Origin: Spirochaetia bacterium
GTDB taxonomy: Bacteria; Spirochaetota; Spirochaetia; UBA9216
DNA length: 64,000 nt
Direction: 5' to 3'
NCBI GenBank assembly: GCA_963675665.1
Contig: OY776510.1
Coordinates: forward strand, 4,224,001-4,288,000
Made by a program: the position numbers and the translations under genes. The notes under the pieces were generated by a model. That model did not search any database. It was not told where the DNA came from and saw nothing but the letters and a program-made list of their open reading frames with translations. Below, piece by piece: positions 1-10,063 of this stretch (positions within the stretch are counted from its first letter, which is position 1; the number at the start of each line of letters is the position of its first letter).

Positions 1-1
1 T

Positions 2-1582
2 CCAGACAGTATAATGATCAAGAGGATTTTTGTTAAGGAATCCGGCTGCAGATTTTTTTGCAGTTATTCCCCTGAAATTGGGTGTTGAGAAAGCAAACAC
101 ACCTCCGGGCTCAAGCAGGTTGTTTATTCTCGACAGTACAGCGGGCAGGTCATGCATATGCTCTATTACATACCACATGGTTACCGCATTAAAATCTGCG
201 TTTTCAGATATAATCGCCTCAGGCTGCTCTATCGATACGGCTTCGGCTTTATAACCAAGTTCGTTTTTTATCCAGTCGACGGCATTTAAAGATACATCAA
301 TTCCCCTGACCTTAAAACCTGATTCATCTGCAGCCGCCAGAAACGGTCCGTAGCCGCATCCGATATCAAGCAGCATACCGTCCCGCCGGTATTTCCTGAT
401 AACTCCGCATCTTCTGATTCCGTCGGTTTTAATTTTTTCAAAATCTTCAAGATATGTACGGCCGTACTGTTTTTTATAGTCTTCAAAAAAATATTCTGAC
501 CCGTAATCCGGAGTTTTATTGCCGAAATACATCTGGTTTACAAGCCCGCAGGCATCACATTGAAAAAAGCTTCGATCCCGATCCCGGTAAATAATTTTGT
601 GCTTGACGCTGCCGCATCCGCGACATTTCCGTACGGATAACTTTAAATTCATTATATAATCGGCAAGATCCATCCTTGAAACTTTTGAATAGGAATCAAC
701 AGCCCTGAATAATCTTTCTGTATTCTGCAGCAGGTTATCCAGCTTGGCGGCATCAGGTTTATTGATGCCTATTTCGGGTATTCCGGCCCTTACCGAAAGA
801 CTTCGATGATATGCCGAGGGATTTAAAAGAACAACCGGTGTCATACTGTACAGAGCTTCAAAACAGGTAAGCCCGAAAAGAGTAAAAACAAGATCATAAT
901 TTCTTAACATGGCAGCCAGGTTCTCAGGCGCTTCAAGGATTTTAACTTCCGCAGGCAGATCCGCATTCCTGAAAAACGGACCTTTGACAACTGTAATCTG
1001 ATCGAGTCTTATTATCCCGGTATCATCAATCATTTCCAGAAGCCTTTCAGTCAATCCCCCGCCGTCTTCACCGCCGAAGGATACCAGGACGTTTTTAAAA
1101 TTTCCGGTAAAACCTGAATTTTCCGCCGGCGGCTGTTCCGGAAGGTTCAGAAACCCCGGAGAGCCGATGTTCGGCTCTGTCTTTTCAAGATTCGGCAGAA
1201 CATCTATCAGGTAATCAAAGAATTCCCTCGCTGCTCCGCCTTCATCTATTCCGACAGTGAATGTTCTTCCCAGGAAATTTGAAAGCCGCGGCACAGAGGT
1301 TTCTCTTGTATCAAAGATGCAGATGTCCCATTCCGACGGAACAGCCTCGGTTAATATTTCTATTTTTCGGACGCTTCCGGCGGGAAACAGCTGCCGGATA
1401 TCTTCTTTTGTATAGCAGTCGTGAGATCTTGAGGTAACGGAATCAGCAAAAATGTAAGCATGGGCTCCGCATGCCGACAGCCTCTGCGCCAGCTTTATCG
1501 ACCGCCTGATATGCCCGCTTCCGTTTCCCTTTTTTATGGACGGAATAATCAGTATCCGTTTTTTTTGAATACGGGGGCTCAT
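2..1582 (-). CDS. PseG/SpsG-like GT-B sugar-nucleotide hydrolase fused to Zn-ribbon + class I SAM methyltransferase (3' end runs off window)
   Basis: Missing from ORF track; hand translation from ATG 1582 (overlaps upstream TGA, ATGA): KKGNGSGHIRRS, VLVSFGGED, FGLTCFEAL, then CRGC..CDAC, LLDIGCGYG, MWYVIEH, FAFSTPN; open to window edge. Confidence 0.8.
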   Translation of the reverse strand, partial: MSPRIQKKRILIIPSIKKGNGSGHIRRSIKLAQRLSACGAHAYIFADSVTSRSHDCYTKEDIRQLFPAGSVRKIEILTEAVPSEWDICIFDTRETSVPRLSNFLGRTFTVGIDEGGAAREFFDYLIDVLPNLEKTEPNIGSPGFLNLPEQPPAENSGFTGNFKNVLVSFGGEDGGGLTERLLEMIDDTGIIRLDQITVVKGPFFRNADLPAEVKILEAPENLAAMLRNYDLVFTLFGLTCFEALYSMTPVVLLNPSAYHRSLSVRAGIPEIGINKPDAAKLDNLLQNTERLFRAVDSYSKVSRMDLADYIMNLKLSVRKCRGCGSVKHKIIYRDRDRSFFQCDACGLVNQMYFGNKTPDYGSEYFFEDYKKQYGRTYLEDFEKIKTDGIRRCGVIRKYRRDGMLLDIGCGYGPFLAAADESGFKVRGIDVSLNAVDWIKNELGYKAEAVSIEQPEAIISENADFNAVTMWYVIEHMHDLPAVLSRINNLLEPGGVFAFSTPNFRGITAKKSAAGFLNKNPLDHYTVW

Positions 1583-2259
1583 CCGGACCGCCTTTCACTC
1601 TTCAGCCATGGAATTATTTCTGTTATCGAAAGCGGTCTACCCTCGTACAAATCCGAATACAGCGACTGCAGCTTTTTATAATCAGCTGCAGTATCAACGG
1701 TTACGGAGGAACCCGGAAAACAAAATTTTTCAGGGGCTCTGATTCGATTTATCCTGAACCTGTCGGGATTCCTGTAAAGATACGGGCTTACATGTTCATG
1801 ATCATACGGCTCATCCGATTCGGCAGCGGCGGTTTGCAGCGCGGCAAGATTCAAAACCTCGACGCCTGTACCAAGCGGCATATCATCATAACCGCTGTAG
1901 TCGGCGCCGGAATCAATATGCGATGCAAGTATCATGGCCGCAGCATTGCTGTCGACCAGCGGGTTGTCACCGGTTGCCCTGATAATAACAGTCGGGCCGA
2001 ATTTTTCGGCAGCTTTGATAAACCTGTCGAGAACATCCTCGGCCGATCCCTCAAAAATACTGAAACCGCAGGCTTCCGCCAGCGGCTTTAAGCCTGAATA
2101 ACTTTCATGATCGGTCAGAATGACATGATCATCCGTTTCGACCGATCCGAGCGCTTCCATTGCATGAGTTATTATTGCTTTTCCTTCCAGTTCAAGCAGC
2201 GCCTTTCCGGGAAGCCGCGTTGAACCGAGTCTGGCCTGAAGAAAAACTGCCGTTTTCAA
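1579..2259 (-). CDS. spsF: SpsF-like cytidylyltransferase family protein
   Basis: LQARLGSTRLPGK, GSAEDVLDRF, IRATGDNPLVD, EHVSPY, VTVDT motifs. Confidence 0.88.
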   Translation of the reverse strand: MKTAVFLQARLGSTRLPGKALLELEGKAIITHAMEALGSVETDDHVILTDHESYSGLKPLAEACGFSIFEGSAEDVLDRFIKAAEKFGPTVIIRATGDNPLVDSNAAAMILASHIDSGADYSGYDDMPLGTGVEVLNLAALQTAAAESDEPYDHEHVSPYLYRNPDRFRINRIRAPEKFCFPGSSVTVDTAADYKKLQSLYSDLYEGRPLSITEIIPWLKSERRSG

Positions 2260-2261
2260 GC

Positions 2262-3224
2262 TTAAATCTCCGGAGCTTCCCAGATTTCAGTGATGCTGCG
2301 GGCATCCATCTTAAACCTGTATTTATTCTCTTCAACCCATTCGCGGGCTTCGCGGAACTCTCTGAGGGCTGTAAAAAGGCCTTCTCCGCTGCGGAGATAA
2401 TATGACATGAACCTGTTTTTCGGAATAACTCCGTAATCGCCGTCAAAACGAACTGTAAGGTTCTTAAGATAAAAAAACCTGTAACTTTTTCCGGGCGTGG
2501 TGGATTCCTCCGGAATATCATCAAGGTATTTAACCCGAAGAGAGGTCTTGCACTGGATTTTTTCACCCCACATATAAGCCCTGAAACCGAAATCCATCTT
2601 CTGCCACCATCTGCTGTTGATTCTGCCGTCGTAGCCTCCGAGCCTGATAAACAGTTCCTTGTTATATATACCCGAATAATCAAAGGGAAAAAGACTGTCC
2701 ATACCGTCAACCGACGGCGGCAGCTGAACAATCTTCAGCGAACGCTTCATAAACGCCGGACTCATTATGGTCGGAACTGTAGACTGCCGGCGCGACTGTA
2801 TAAGAGGCACAGCGCAAAGCGAATCGGAAAGCGAAACCTGTTCAAGAAGCCTGTCGGACAAACTGCCTGCTGCGGCATTCATATCATCGTACATAACAAA
2901 CACGTATTTTGATTCCGACTCTTCAATACCGATATTAATCTTTTCGCCTTCAGTGGTTTTTTTATGAATTCTTATAAACCGAATTGCGGGGAACCTTACG
3001 GACAACGATTCAACATCATACCCGGCACCGCCGCCTTCAATGGAAATTATCTCATGCACATTCAATTTACTGAGAACTGAAAGGGTTTCGGATTTAAACA
3101 CCCTCCCCGCCCTGTTCAGCAGCACTATGGAAATCAGGGGCGGTCGGCGTCTTACCTCCGGCTCGCGCTTCCCCCCGATAACAGTATAATTAACTTTATC
3201 AATAGTTATAGGTATAGTATTCAT
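2262..3224 (-). CDS. Glycosyltransferase family 2-like protein
   Basis: GT-A-like features (ISIVLLNR, YVFVMYDD, FIRLGGYD, DFGFRA); lies in a glycan operon. Confidence 0.65.
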   Translation of the reverse strand: MNTIPITIDKVNYTVIGGKREPEVRRRPPLISIVLLNRAGRVFKSETLSVLSKLNVHEIISIEGGGAGYDVESLSVRFPAIRFIRIHKKTTEGEKINIGIEESESKYVFVMYDDMNAAAGSLSDRLLEQVSLSDSLCAVPLIQSRRQSTVPTIMSPAFMKRSLKIVQLPPSVDGMDSLFPFDYSGIYNKELFIRLGGYDGRINSRWWQKMDFGFRAYMWGEKIQCKTSLRVKYLDDIPEESTTPGKSYRFFYLKNLTVRFDGDYGVIPKNRFMSYYLRSGEGLFTALREFREAREWVEENKYRFKMDARSITEIWEAPEI

Positions 3225-4704
3225 CGCATTTCCCGCAAATGCCGGGATACTCCCCTTTCAAATGCTGTCGGTAATTTTTATTTCCTTTTTCCCATATTTC
3301 CCGGAGATTATCTTTGAAGATATTCCCGCAGACCATCGAACTGTCGAGATCATCCCGGCAAAGCGGGACCGTGCCGTCAGTCAGGATAGCCAGATCTCTT
3401 TTTAGATGCCAGCAGGGAAGCCGTTTCACGGGAGAAAGATCTGTAACTTTTCTCTGTTCAAGGCGGCCGCAGCACCAGTCATATTTCTGTATGATAACAT
3501 TATTTGTCTTCTCTTTCCAATATTTATAGAACTGTTCTGTATCTTTCTCGTTCATCTTCATTCTGACGGTCTGTATCCAGGTATTTGAGGGAAACTCCGA
3601 AACAAGCATCTCTGCAAATGCGTATGCCTCAGCCCGGCCGTCTCCGCGCAATTCACTATACAGCTGTTCATCAAGGGCATCCAGATCAACTATCCATGTC
3701 AGCCGGCTCTGATCCAGACCTGATATTTTGTCAAGCTCAGCCTGCTTCCAGCCGATTCCGGATGTTTCCACAAGCAGATTAAAGTCCGGATAGGATAAAA
3801 CCCTTTCTGCCATGCCTGATGGGCTGCTGTGAAGGGAAGGTTCGTTCCTGATTGACAGGCTGATTACTGCATCTTCCGAAAAATCGGCTATCCCGGCAAG
3901 CGCTGTTGAAAAATCTTCAACCGCCATCTCGCCTCCGTTATCTATTCCGCCGCTTTGCCAGGGCTCCGGCATATAACTGATTTTCTGTGGATGAACGGAC
4001 GTAATTTCAAATTCATAGAATACGGGAAGAGATCTGAGAAACTCGCCCCTGCTGCGTACTGTTTCGAGAATTGAATCTGCACAGCCTGTTTTATCCGATA
4101 CCTTCACCGCGGAAGTGATTGATTTTAACTGTAAATAATTTCGTCTTGTATCGGGGAAAAGCGAAACTCTAAGAAGCCGCTGATCATCCGGCGAGATTTC
4201 GGTTTCAATCTCAAAAGCATTAATATCTTTTTCGATTAAAGAAAAAAGGGTGTCTCTGCCTGCCTCGACTTCGGTTCCTTCCGCCAGTTTTGCCAGCATG
4301 GGCAGCACGGAGGTTTTAATAATCTCAACCCCGATACCTGCCGGAAAGCCGTCGGCGAATGTATATTCGCAAAAGTATTTTACATGGTTCTTATACATTT
4401 TATCTGCGAGCTTCGGATCAACAAGAGGGCAATCACCGAAATAATAGATAATATTATCATACCCGGCTGACAACTTCGTTAAAAGTTCTATCAGGCCGGC
4501 TGCAGTCAGCATTGAAGACCTGTATACATCAAATCCCGGAAACGCTGTTTCCGATTGCTCTGAAGTGATAATCGTTCTGCCTTTAATATCAGGCATCTGA
4601 ACTGCGGCTTCGGTTGCATAATCGATTGAGGATTTTCCGTCTGTTAATTCTTTGTATGCATATTTTGAAACATTTAAAATATTGAGTATTACGATATTAT
4701 TCAT
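3199..4704 (-). CDS. Spiro-SPASM protein (cytidylyltransferase-like + degenerate radical SAM + SPASM)
   Basis: N-term GDCPLVD/YTFADGFP; C-term PCWHL..DGTVPLCRDD..GNIF..CGKCDEY; CxxxCxxC replaced; start taken at ATG 4704. Confidence 0.88.
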   Translation of the reverse strand: MNNIVILNILNVSKYAYKELTDGKSSIDYATEAAVQMPDIKGRTIITSEQSETAFPGFDVYRSSMLTAAGLIELLTKLSAGYDNIIYYFGDCPLVDPKLADKMYKNHVKYFCEYTFADGFPAGIGVEIIKTSVLPMLAKLAEGTEVEAGRDTLFSLIEKDINAFEIETEISPDDQRLLRVSLFPDTRRNYLQLKSITSAVKVSDKTGCADSILETVRSRGEFLRSLPVFYEFEITSVHPQKISYMPEPWQSGGIDNGGEMAVEDFSTALAGIADFSEDAVISLSIRNEPSLHSSPSGMAERVLSYPDFNLLVETSGIGWKQAELDKISGLDQSRLTWIVDLDALDEQLYSELRGDGRAEAYAFAEMLVSEFPSNTWIQTVRMKMNEKDTEQFYKYWKEKTNNVIIQKYDWCCGRLEQRKVTDLSPVKRLPCWHLKRDLAILTDGTVPLCRDDLDSSMVCGNIFKDNLREIWEKGNKNYRQHLKGEYPGICGKCDEYYTYNY

Positions 4705-4797
4705 AGTCAGATTATCGACAGAAAAAAGTGACTGTATAACCGATTTTGCCTGCAACTCTTGCCGACTCCGTACAGAAGTTGTATTCTGCTAAACGAA

Positions 4798-6015
4798 ATG
4801 TTTGATTTTAAAGACAAGATTTTTTCGGTTACCGAGATTACCGGCCTAATAAAAGATACCCTTGAAGAAGGTTTCCGAAACGTTCAGATAAGCGGTGAAA
4901 TATCCAACTGCAGACCGTCAAGCACAGGCCATCTGTATTTTACTCTTAAAGACAAAAACGCAATGATAAGTGCGGTAATGTTCAAAGGGCGCCAGAAAAG
5001 TCTTAACTTCACTTTGCGCGACGGAATGCTTGTAAAGGTTTCGGGAAATATCTCCGTTTACGCGCTGAGAGGCTCATACCAGATAATCTGCGACAGTATT
5101 GAGAAATCCGGCGAAGGCGATATTCTCGCAATGCTTGAGGAACGGAAAAAAAAGCTGGCTGCCGAAGGCCTGTTTGATCTTGATAGAAAAAAAGCTGTGC
5201 CGATGTTCCCTTCCAGGGTTGCAGTCGTCACATCTCCGACAGGAGCAGCTATAAAAGACATCCTCCGGGTAACTGCAAGGCGTAATCCGGGGCTTGATAT
5301 ATTCATTCTGCCTGCCCCTGTACAGGGAGAATCTGCGGCGGCAAAAATCGCCGATCAGATCAAACGGGCCGGAGACTATAACCTTGGAGAAGTGCTGATA
5401 ATCGGCCGCGGCGGGGGCTCGCTTGAAGATCTGCTGCCCTTTTCGGATGAAGCCGTTGTTAGGGCAATTGCCGACTGCCCGCTGCCGGTGATATCAGCCG
5501 TGGGGCATGAGATAGACACCTCCCTTTCCGATTATGCAGCAGACATTTCAGCGCCAACGCCTTCAGCCGCTGCGGAGATAGTAAGCGCAGGCAGGGACGA
5601 ACTGCTGCATCGTGTCGGCGGTCTCTATGAATCAATCCGGTATGAAATAAGCCGTCAGACGGAGAAAATAAGAATCCTTGCCTCTCAATACAGCGGTGAA
5701 AACCTTGAGGAAAGTTTTTTCATCCTCATACAGCCCGTACTGGCCCGGTTTGACGATTTAAAGGAAGACCTTATAAAAAACATCACCGACAGGATCCGTG
5801 ACCATCAATACCGCCTTGATTCGGCAATAAGGGAACTAAATGCTGTGTCGCCCCAGGCAACGCTTGAGCGCGGTTATACAATAATGACGGATGAAGAAAC
5901 GGGAACGCTAATAAGTTCAGTGAAAGATGCGATACCGGGAAGAAAAGCCGGAATAAAATTTCATGACGGAACCGCAGGAGTACTTATCAGGGAGAATACA
6001 AATGAAAAACTTTGA
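4798..6015 (+). CDS. xseA: Exodeoxyribonuclease VII large subunit
   Basis: GEISN..SSTGHLYFTLKD, TSPTGAAIKD, RGGGSLEDL, SAVGHEID, APTPSAAAE. Confidence 0.96.
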   Translation: MFDFKDKIFSVTEITGLIKDTLEEGFRNVQISGEISNCRPSSTGHLYFTLKDKNAMISAVMFKGRQKSLNFTLRDGMLVKVSGNISVYALRGSYQIICDSIEKSGEGDILAMLEERKKKLAAEGLFDLDRKKAVPMFPSRVAVVTSPTGAAIKDILRVTARRNPGLDIFILPAPVQGESAAAKIADQIKRAGDYNLGEVLIIGRGGGSLEDLLPFSDEAVVRAIADCPLPVISAVGHEIDTSLSDYAADISAPTPSAAAEIVSAGRDELLHRVGGLYESIRYEISRQTEKIRILASQYSGENLEESFFILIQPVLARFDDLKEDLIKNITDRIRDHQYRLDSAIRELNAVSPQATLERGYTIMTDEETGTLISSVKDAIPGRKAGIKFHDGTAGVLIRENTNEKL

Positions 6016-6235
6016 AGAAAGACTTAACAGGCTTGAAGAAATAAACTCTGAAATCAAGAGCGGAGGAAGTCTTGACAACTCGCTCAAACTCTTTGAAGAA
6101 GGGGTAAAACTGGCAAAGGGACTGGAAAAAGATCTCATGAAAGTTGAAAGAAGAATTGAGCTGCTGGTGAATGAGCCTGTTAAGGAAGAAGCGGAGGAAC
6201 CGAATTTCGAACTCTTTCCTGAACTGAATGATTAG
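6002..6235 (+). CDS. xseB: Exodeoxyribonuclease VII small subunit
   Basis: FEERLNRLEEI..LDNSLKLFEEG; overlaps xseA end. Confidence 0.93.
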   Translation: MKNFEERLNRLEEINSEIKSGGSLDNSLKLFEEGVKLAKGLEKDLMKVERRIELLVNEPVKEEAEEPNFELFPELND

Positions 6236-6254
6236 TTCGTTATAAGATCAGGCA

Positions 6255-6695
6255 TCAATCCCCAAAATCGACAAGATCACCGGGTTCGATACCGTTTGAA
6301 TCAAACCAACCCTTATTCATCTCAAGAGCGAAGCGAACCGAAGAAACCGACTCAACCGGACGAAGAGATTCGGGTTTCATATCGTAAATTTCCATAATTT
6401 CACCATCGACGGAAATATAGGCGATGGATAATGGTATGAGAGTGTTCTTCATCCAGAACGACAAGCGCTGATCGCTGTCGAAAACAAACAGCATTCCGTG
6501 ATTTTCCGGCATTGTTTTACGATTCATCAGCCCGGTGCGCCGTGATTCCGTATCATCGGCTATTTCCGCCTCAATTTCAATCCCGTTGATGCTTATTATT
6601 CTGGTATCCAGTTTCTCGCGGCCGCCCATGGCAATAAGCAGAAAACATCCTGCGGCTATCACAAAAATCAGTAATATATATATGCCTCGTTTCAT
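6255..6695 (-). CDS. DUF192 domain protein
   Basis: EIADD..RRTGLM, GMLFVF, FWMKNTLIPLSIAYI, ALEMNKG. Confidence 0.9.
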   Translation of the reverse strand: MKRGIYILLIFVIAAGCFLLIAMGGREKLDTRIISINGIEIEAEIADDTESRRTGLMNRKTMPENHGMLFVFDSDQRLSFWMKNTLIPLSIAYISVDGEIMEIYDMKPESLRPVESVSSVRFALEMNKGWFDSNGIEPGDLVDFGD

Positions 6696-6706
6696 TAAAA
6701 TACCTT

Positions 6707-7279
6707 TTAAAATGAATTAATAAAATCCTGTCTCAACATGGTTTCCATGGAAGATTCGGCGCTGCCCTGCTCCTGAAGGCGCTGAAAAACTTCCCGGTCA
6801 ATATATTTTATGGAAAGCGGCCGCTCAAGACTGACAGTTATTTTCTCATCCTGCCAGATAATTCTGGACGGATTAAGTGATTCCGGCTCGCCGTATTTTC
6901 CGGTCAAAGCAGTATAGATGCTGTAATGATCGATATATTCCCTGTCAAGCACCATGGTTATAAGGTAAAGAATATCTTCATCAAACTGAAAATAAGCCCG
7001 CTCGACAAAACCCACGCCCTCACAGTCTATCACCTGCTGATCCCCGGAAGGCCGCATTGATACATCCGCATCTCCCCGGTAAGCGAAATTAGGCTCTTCC
7101 GCCAGCATTCTTTTTACCGTTTCAATGTCCATTCCAAGCTCAATCAATCCGTATCCGGCAGGAAGCGGCTGAATTAGATTTTCGTTATTTTCAGGTGTTA
7201 TATCGGACTGTGCAGCAACTGCTGCAGCCGCAAGAATAAGAATAGTTGATAACACTACCAGGAATCTGATGATACGCAT
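6707..7279 (-). CDS. Exported hypothetical protein
   Basis: 190-aa ORF with signal peptide; co-oriented with neighbours. Confidence 0.7.
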   Translation of the reverse strand: MRIIRFLVVLSTILILAAAAVAAQSDITPENNENLIQPLPAGYGLIELGMDIETVKRMLAEEPNFAYRGDADVSMRPSGDQQVIDCEGVGFVERAYFQFDEDILYLITMVLDREYIDHYSIYTALTGKYGEPESLNPSRIIWQDEKITVSLERPLSIKYIDREVFQRLQEQGSAESSMETMLRQDFINSF

Positions 7280-7310
7280 ATTATATTATCGGTTTTTTTT
7301 AACTTTCTGT

Positions 7311-8069
7311 TCAGGGTTTAATCGCAATCCTTCCCGTATAATCAATCCTGTTAAGCAGGAGGTGTTTATCCGAAGCCGAAAAATATTCGTCGACTGCCAA
7401 TTTTGCTCCGGTAAAATGGCCGTAATCATCCAGAATAAGCACCCCGCCGGAGGATAATACCGGATAGAGATGTTCAAGCTCGACCCTTGTTGATTCGTAC
7501 CAGTCCGTATCCAGACGCAAAAGGCAGACTGAATCAGGAGCATCGGCAGGCAGGGTCTCTTCAACAGGTCCTTTTATAAAAATCAGTCTTTCGGCTGGAT
7601 ACCCGGTTTTACCGGTATTTGCTTTTACAGTATCAAGGCTGACCGCCCATTCGGTAAAATTCTTTGCGGTACCCTTAAGATCGGCATCCCATTTATCCCT
7701 GACGCTTCGGCCGTTCCACGCGATAAAGTCGTTATCGCCGGGTTCGGTCATCCCTTTAAAAGTATCGTACAGATAAATATTCCTGTCTTTTATTCCCGCG
7801 TTCATAAGCACAAGGGCCATCAGCATGCATGAGCCGCCCTTCCATACTCCGCACTCAACAAAATCTCCGGCTATATCGTTTTCAATAACATATCTGACTG
7901 CTTTATAAAGGGCGTAACCGCGTTCAACTGACGTCATGGTATAATCCCGAATTTCAGTCCAGATCTTTCTGAAATCTTCTTCCATGTCGATCCGGTACTG
8001 TTCCGGAGGAATTATCCCATACCCTTTCTGTTCCAGGATTCTGATCATTTCTTTTTCAGTTGCATTCAT
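7311..8069 (-). CDS. TylF/MycF/NovP-family O-methyltransferase
   Basis: GDFVECGVWKGG, LYDTFKG, LRLDTDWYEST, ILDDYG. Confidence 0.92.
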   Translation of the reverse strand: MNATEKEMIRILEQKGYGIIPPEQYRIDMEEDFRKIWTEIRDYTMTSVERGYALYKAVRYVIENDIAGDFVECGVWKGGSCMLMALVLMNAGIKDRNIYLYDTFKGMTEPGDNDFIAWNGRSVRDKWDADLKGTAKNFTEWAVSLDTVKANTGKTGYPAERLIFIKGPVEETLPADAPDSVCLLRLDTDWYESTRVELEHLYPVLSSGGVLILDDYGHFTGAKLAVDEYFSASDKHLLLNRIDYTGRIAIKP

Positions 8070-8070
8070 G

Positions 8071-10059
8071 CTAATTTCCCGTCAGGTGCATAAATTCAGC
8101 CTCATCAACTATTCTGACGCCAAGTTTTTCCGCTTTTGCCCGCTTGCTTCCGCCGCCTTTTCCGCAAAGCAGATGGGTGGTATTCCCGGTAATCGATGCA
8201 ACTGTCTTGCCGCCGCGTTTTTTAATCTCTTCAAGAGCATTTTCCCTCGGTTTGAAATTCTCAAAACTGCCGGTTATACACCAGCTTTGACCGGAAAAAA
8301 CGCCGTTTCCGGTATTCAGCTCATCATCCGCCGCTTCGAATCTCAGTCCGCGAGAACGCAGCGCATTAATCCTGGCCCTGGTTTCAGGTATCTTCAATTC
8401 GGAAATAATAATGTCTGCTGTCCGCTCGCCTATTCCGTGAACGGCAGTCAGACCTTCCTTATCACCGGCATCTGAAGCCGCAAAAAGCTTGTCAATCGAA
8501 TTGTAGCCCGCATCAATCAGCAGTTCGGCAACCTTGCGTCCAAGTTCCGGTATTCCAAGCGAACTTAACACAGTACGGAACGGCTGATTCAGACTGGCAG
8601 CTATACCCGCTTTTATAAGAGTAACCTTTTTTTCACCGAAACCTTTTTCATCAACCAGTTTTTCATACGGACAGGTATAAATATCTTCAACGTCCCTGAT
8701 CATGTCCCTGCCGATCAAAAACTCAACCGTTTCAGGCCCGAAATTCTCTATATCCATCTGTTTGCGGTCTATGAAAAAGAAGATCCGTCCCCTCACCTGA
8801 TCGGGACAGTTCCGGTTGGGACAGAAGTGGTGCGCACCCTTTCGTATTAATTCTGTTTTGCAGGAAGGACATTCGGCCGGCATCTCCCAGACGGGCGCTG
8901 AGTCGTCTCCCTTTTCAAGGACTTTTTCGACTGCCGGAATTACGTCTCCGCGCTTTGAAACGGCAACGGTATCGCCCGGAGCAACTTCAAGCATGTTTAT
9001 GTATTCCTGGTTATGCAGAGTGACATTGGATACTGTTGAACCTCCAATCTGAACCGGTTCTACCCGCCCTACCGGGGTTATCCGCCCGGTCCTTCCAACC
9101 TGGATATCTATTCCGTTCAATACGGTAGCGCCCTGCATTGATTCGAACTTATATGCGATTGCCCATCTGGGATGGTGTCCGGTATAGCCAAGGAATTCAC
9201 GGGCCGGAATCTCATTCACCTTGATTACAAGCCCGTCGATTTCATAGGGCAGACTGTCCCGTTTGGAACTGCTTGTTTCTATATATTTCGAAAGATCTTC
9301 ACTTGAGTCGAGAAATAGGTGCCTGGGATTTACTCTGAAACCGAGGTCTTTCAGCCTGTTGATTATTTCCTTCTGCTCTGACGGCTGCTCTTCAAAAAAC
9401 CCTTCGTATACAAAAATATCAAGCGGTATCCTGGCTGTTTCAGAGCTTTTTATCCTGCGGATTGTACCGGCTGCAAGGTTTCTCGGATTGGCATACGGAG
9501 GATCTATTTCCCTGTTCAGCTCCTCAAAGCGGTTTTTGGGCAGATAAATTTCACCCCGTACTGCCACATTAACCGGTTGCGGAAGTTTAAGCGGCACCGA
9601 GCCGATTGTTTTAACATTGGCCGTCACATCATTGCCTGTGTATCCGTTGCCGCGTGTAACTGCACGGGCAAGAAGTCCGTTTTCATAGTAAAGAACTATT
9701 GAAATACCGTCGATCTTTTCTTCAACCGAAAAAGTTATTGAATCTCCAGCATTTCGCCGGGTTTTATCCATCCAGGTTTTAACCTCGGCAACGGAATAGG
9801 CCTTGTCCAGGCTCAGAACAGGTATGCTGTGTTCCGCTTCGGGAAGGTCCGAAGCAAGGTCTGACCCTACCCTGGAGGTTGGAGAATCGGGAGCCTTTAA
9901 CTCCGGGTTCTCCGTTTCGAGTTTAACAAGCCTGTCGAACATGGAATCATATTCAAGATCAGTTACCTGCGGATCCGCAAGAACATAGTATTGATGCTGA
10001 TATAAACGAAGGAGATCCGAAAGCCTCCGAATCTCCTCCTGTATTTCTTCTTTCTGCAT
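8071..10059 (-). CDS. ligA: NAD-dependent DNA ligase
   Basis: EEKIDG, TRGNG, RGE, YEIDGLVIK, PRWAIAYKF, Zn finger, BRCT. Confidence 0.98.
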   Translation of the reverse strand: MQKEEIQEEIRRLSDLLRLYQHQYYVLADPQVTDLEYDSMFDRLVKLETENPELKAPDSPTSRVGSDLASDLPEAEHSIPVLSLDKAYSVAEVKTWMDKTRRNAGDSITFSVEEKIDGISIVLYYENGLLARAVTRGNGYTGNDVTANVKTIGSVPLKLPQPVNVAVRGEIYLPKNRFEELNREIDPPYANPRNLAAGTIRRIKSSETARIPLDIFVYEGFFEEQPSEQKEIINRLKDLGFRVNPRHLFLDSSEDLSKYIETSSSKRDSLPYEIDGLVIKVNEIPAREFLGYTGHHPRWAIAYKFESMQGATVLNGIDIQVGRTGRITPVGRVEPVQIGGSTVSNVTLHNQEYINMLEVAPGDTVAVSKRGDVIPAVEKVLEKGDDSAPVWEMPAECPSCKTELIRKGAHHFCPNRNCPDQVRGRIFFFIDRKQMDIENFGPETVEFLIGRDMIRDVEDIYTCPYEKLVDEKGFGEKKVTLIKAGIAASLNQPFRTVLSSLGIPELGRKVAELLIDAGYNSIDKLFAASDAGDKEGLTAVHGIGERTADIIISELKIPETRARINALRSRGLRFEAADDELNTGNGVFSGQSWCITGSFENFKPRENALEEIKKRGGKTVASITGNTTHLLCGKGGGSKRAKAEKLGVRIVDEAEFMHLTGN

Positions 10060-10063
10060 GCGC

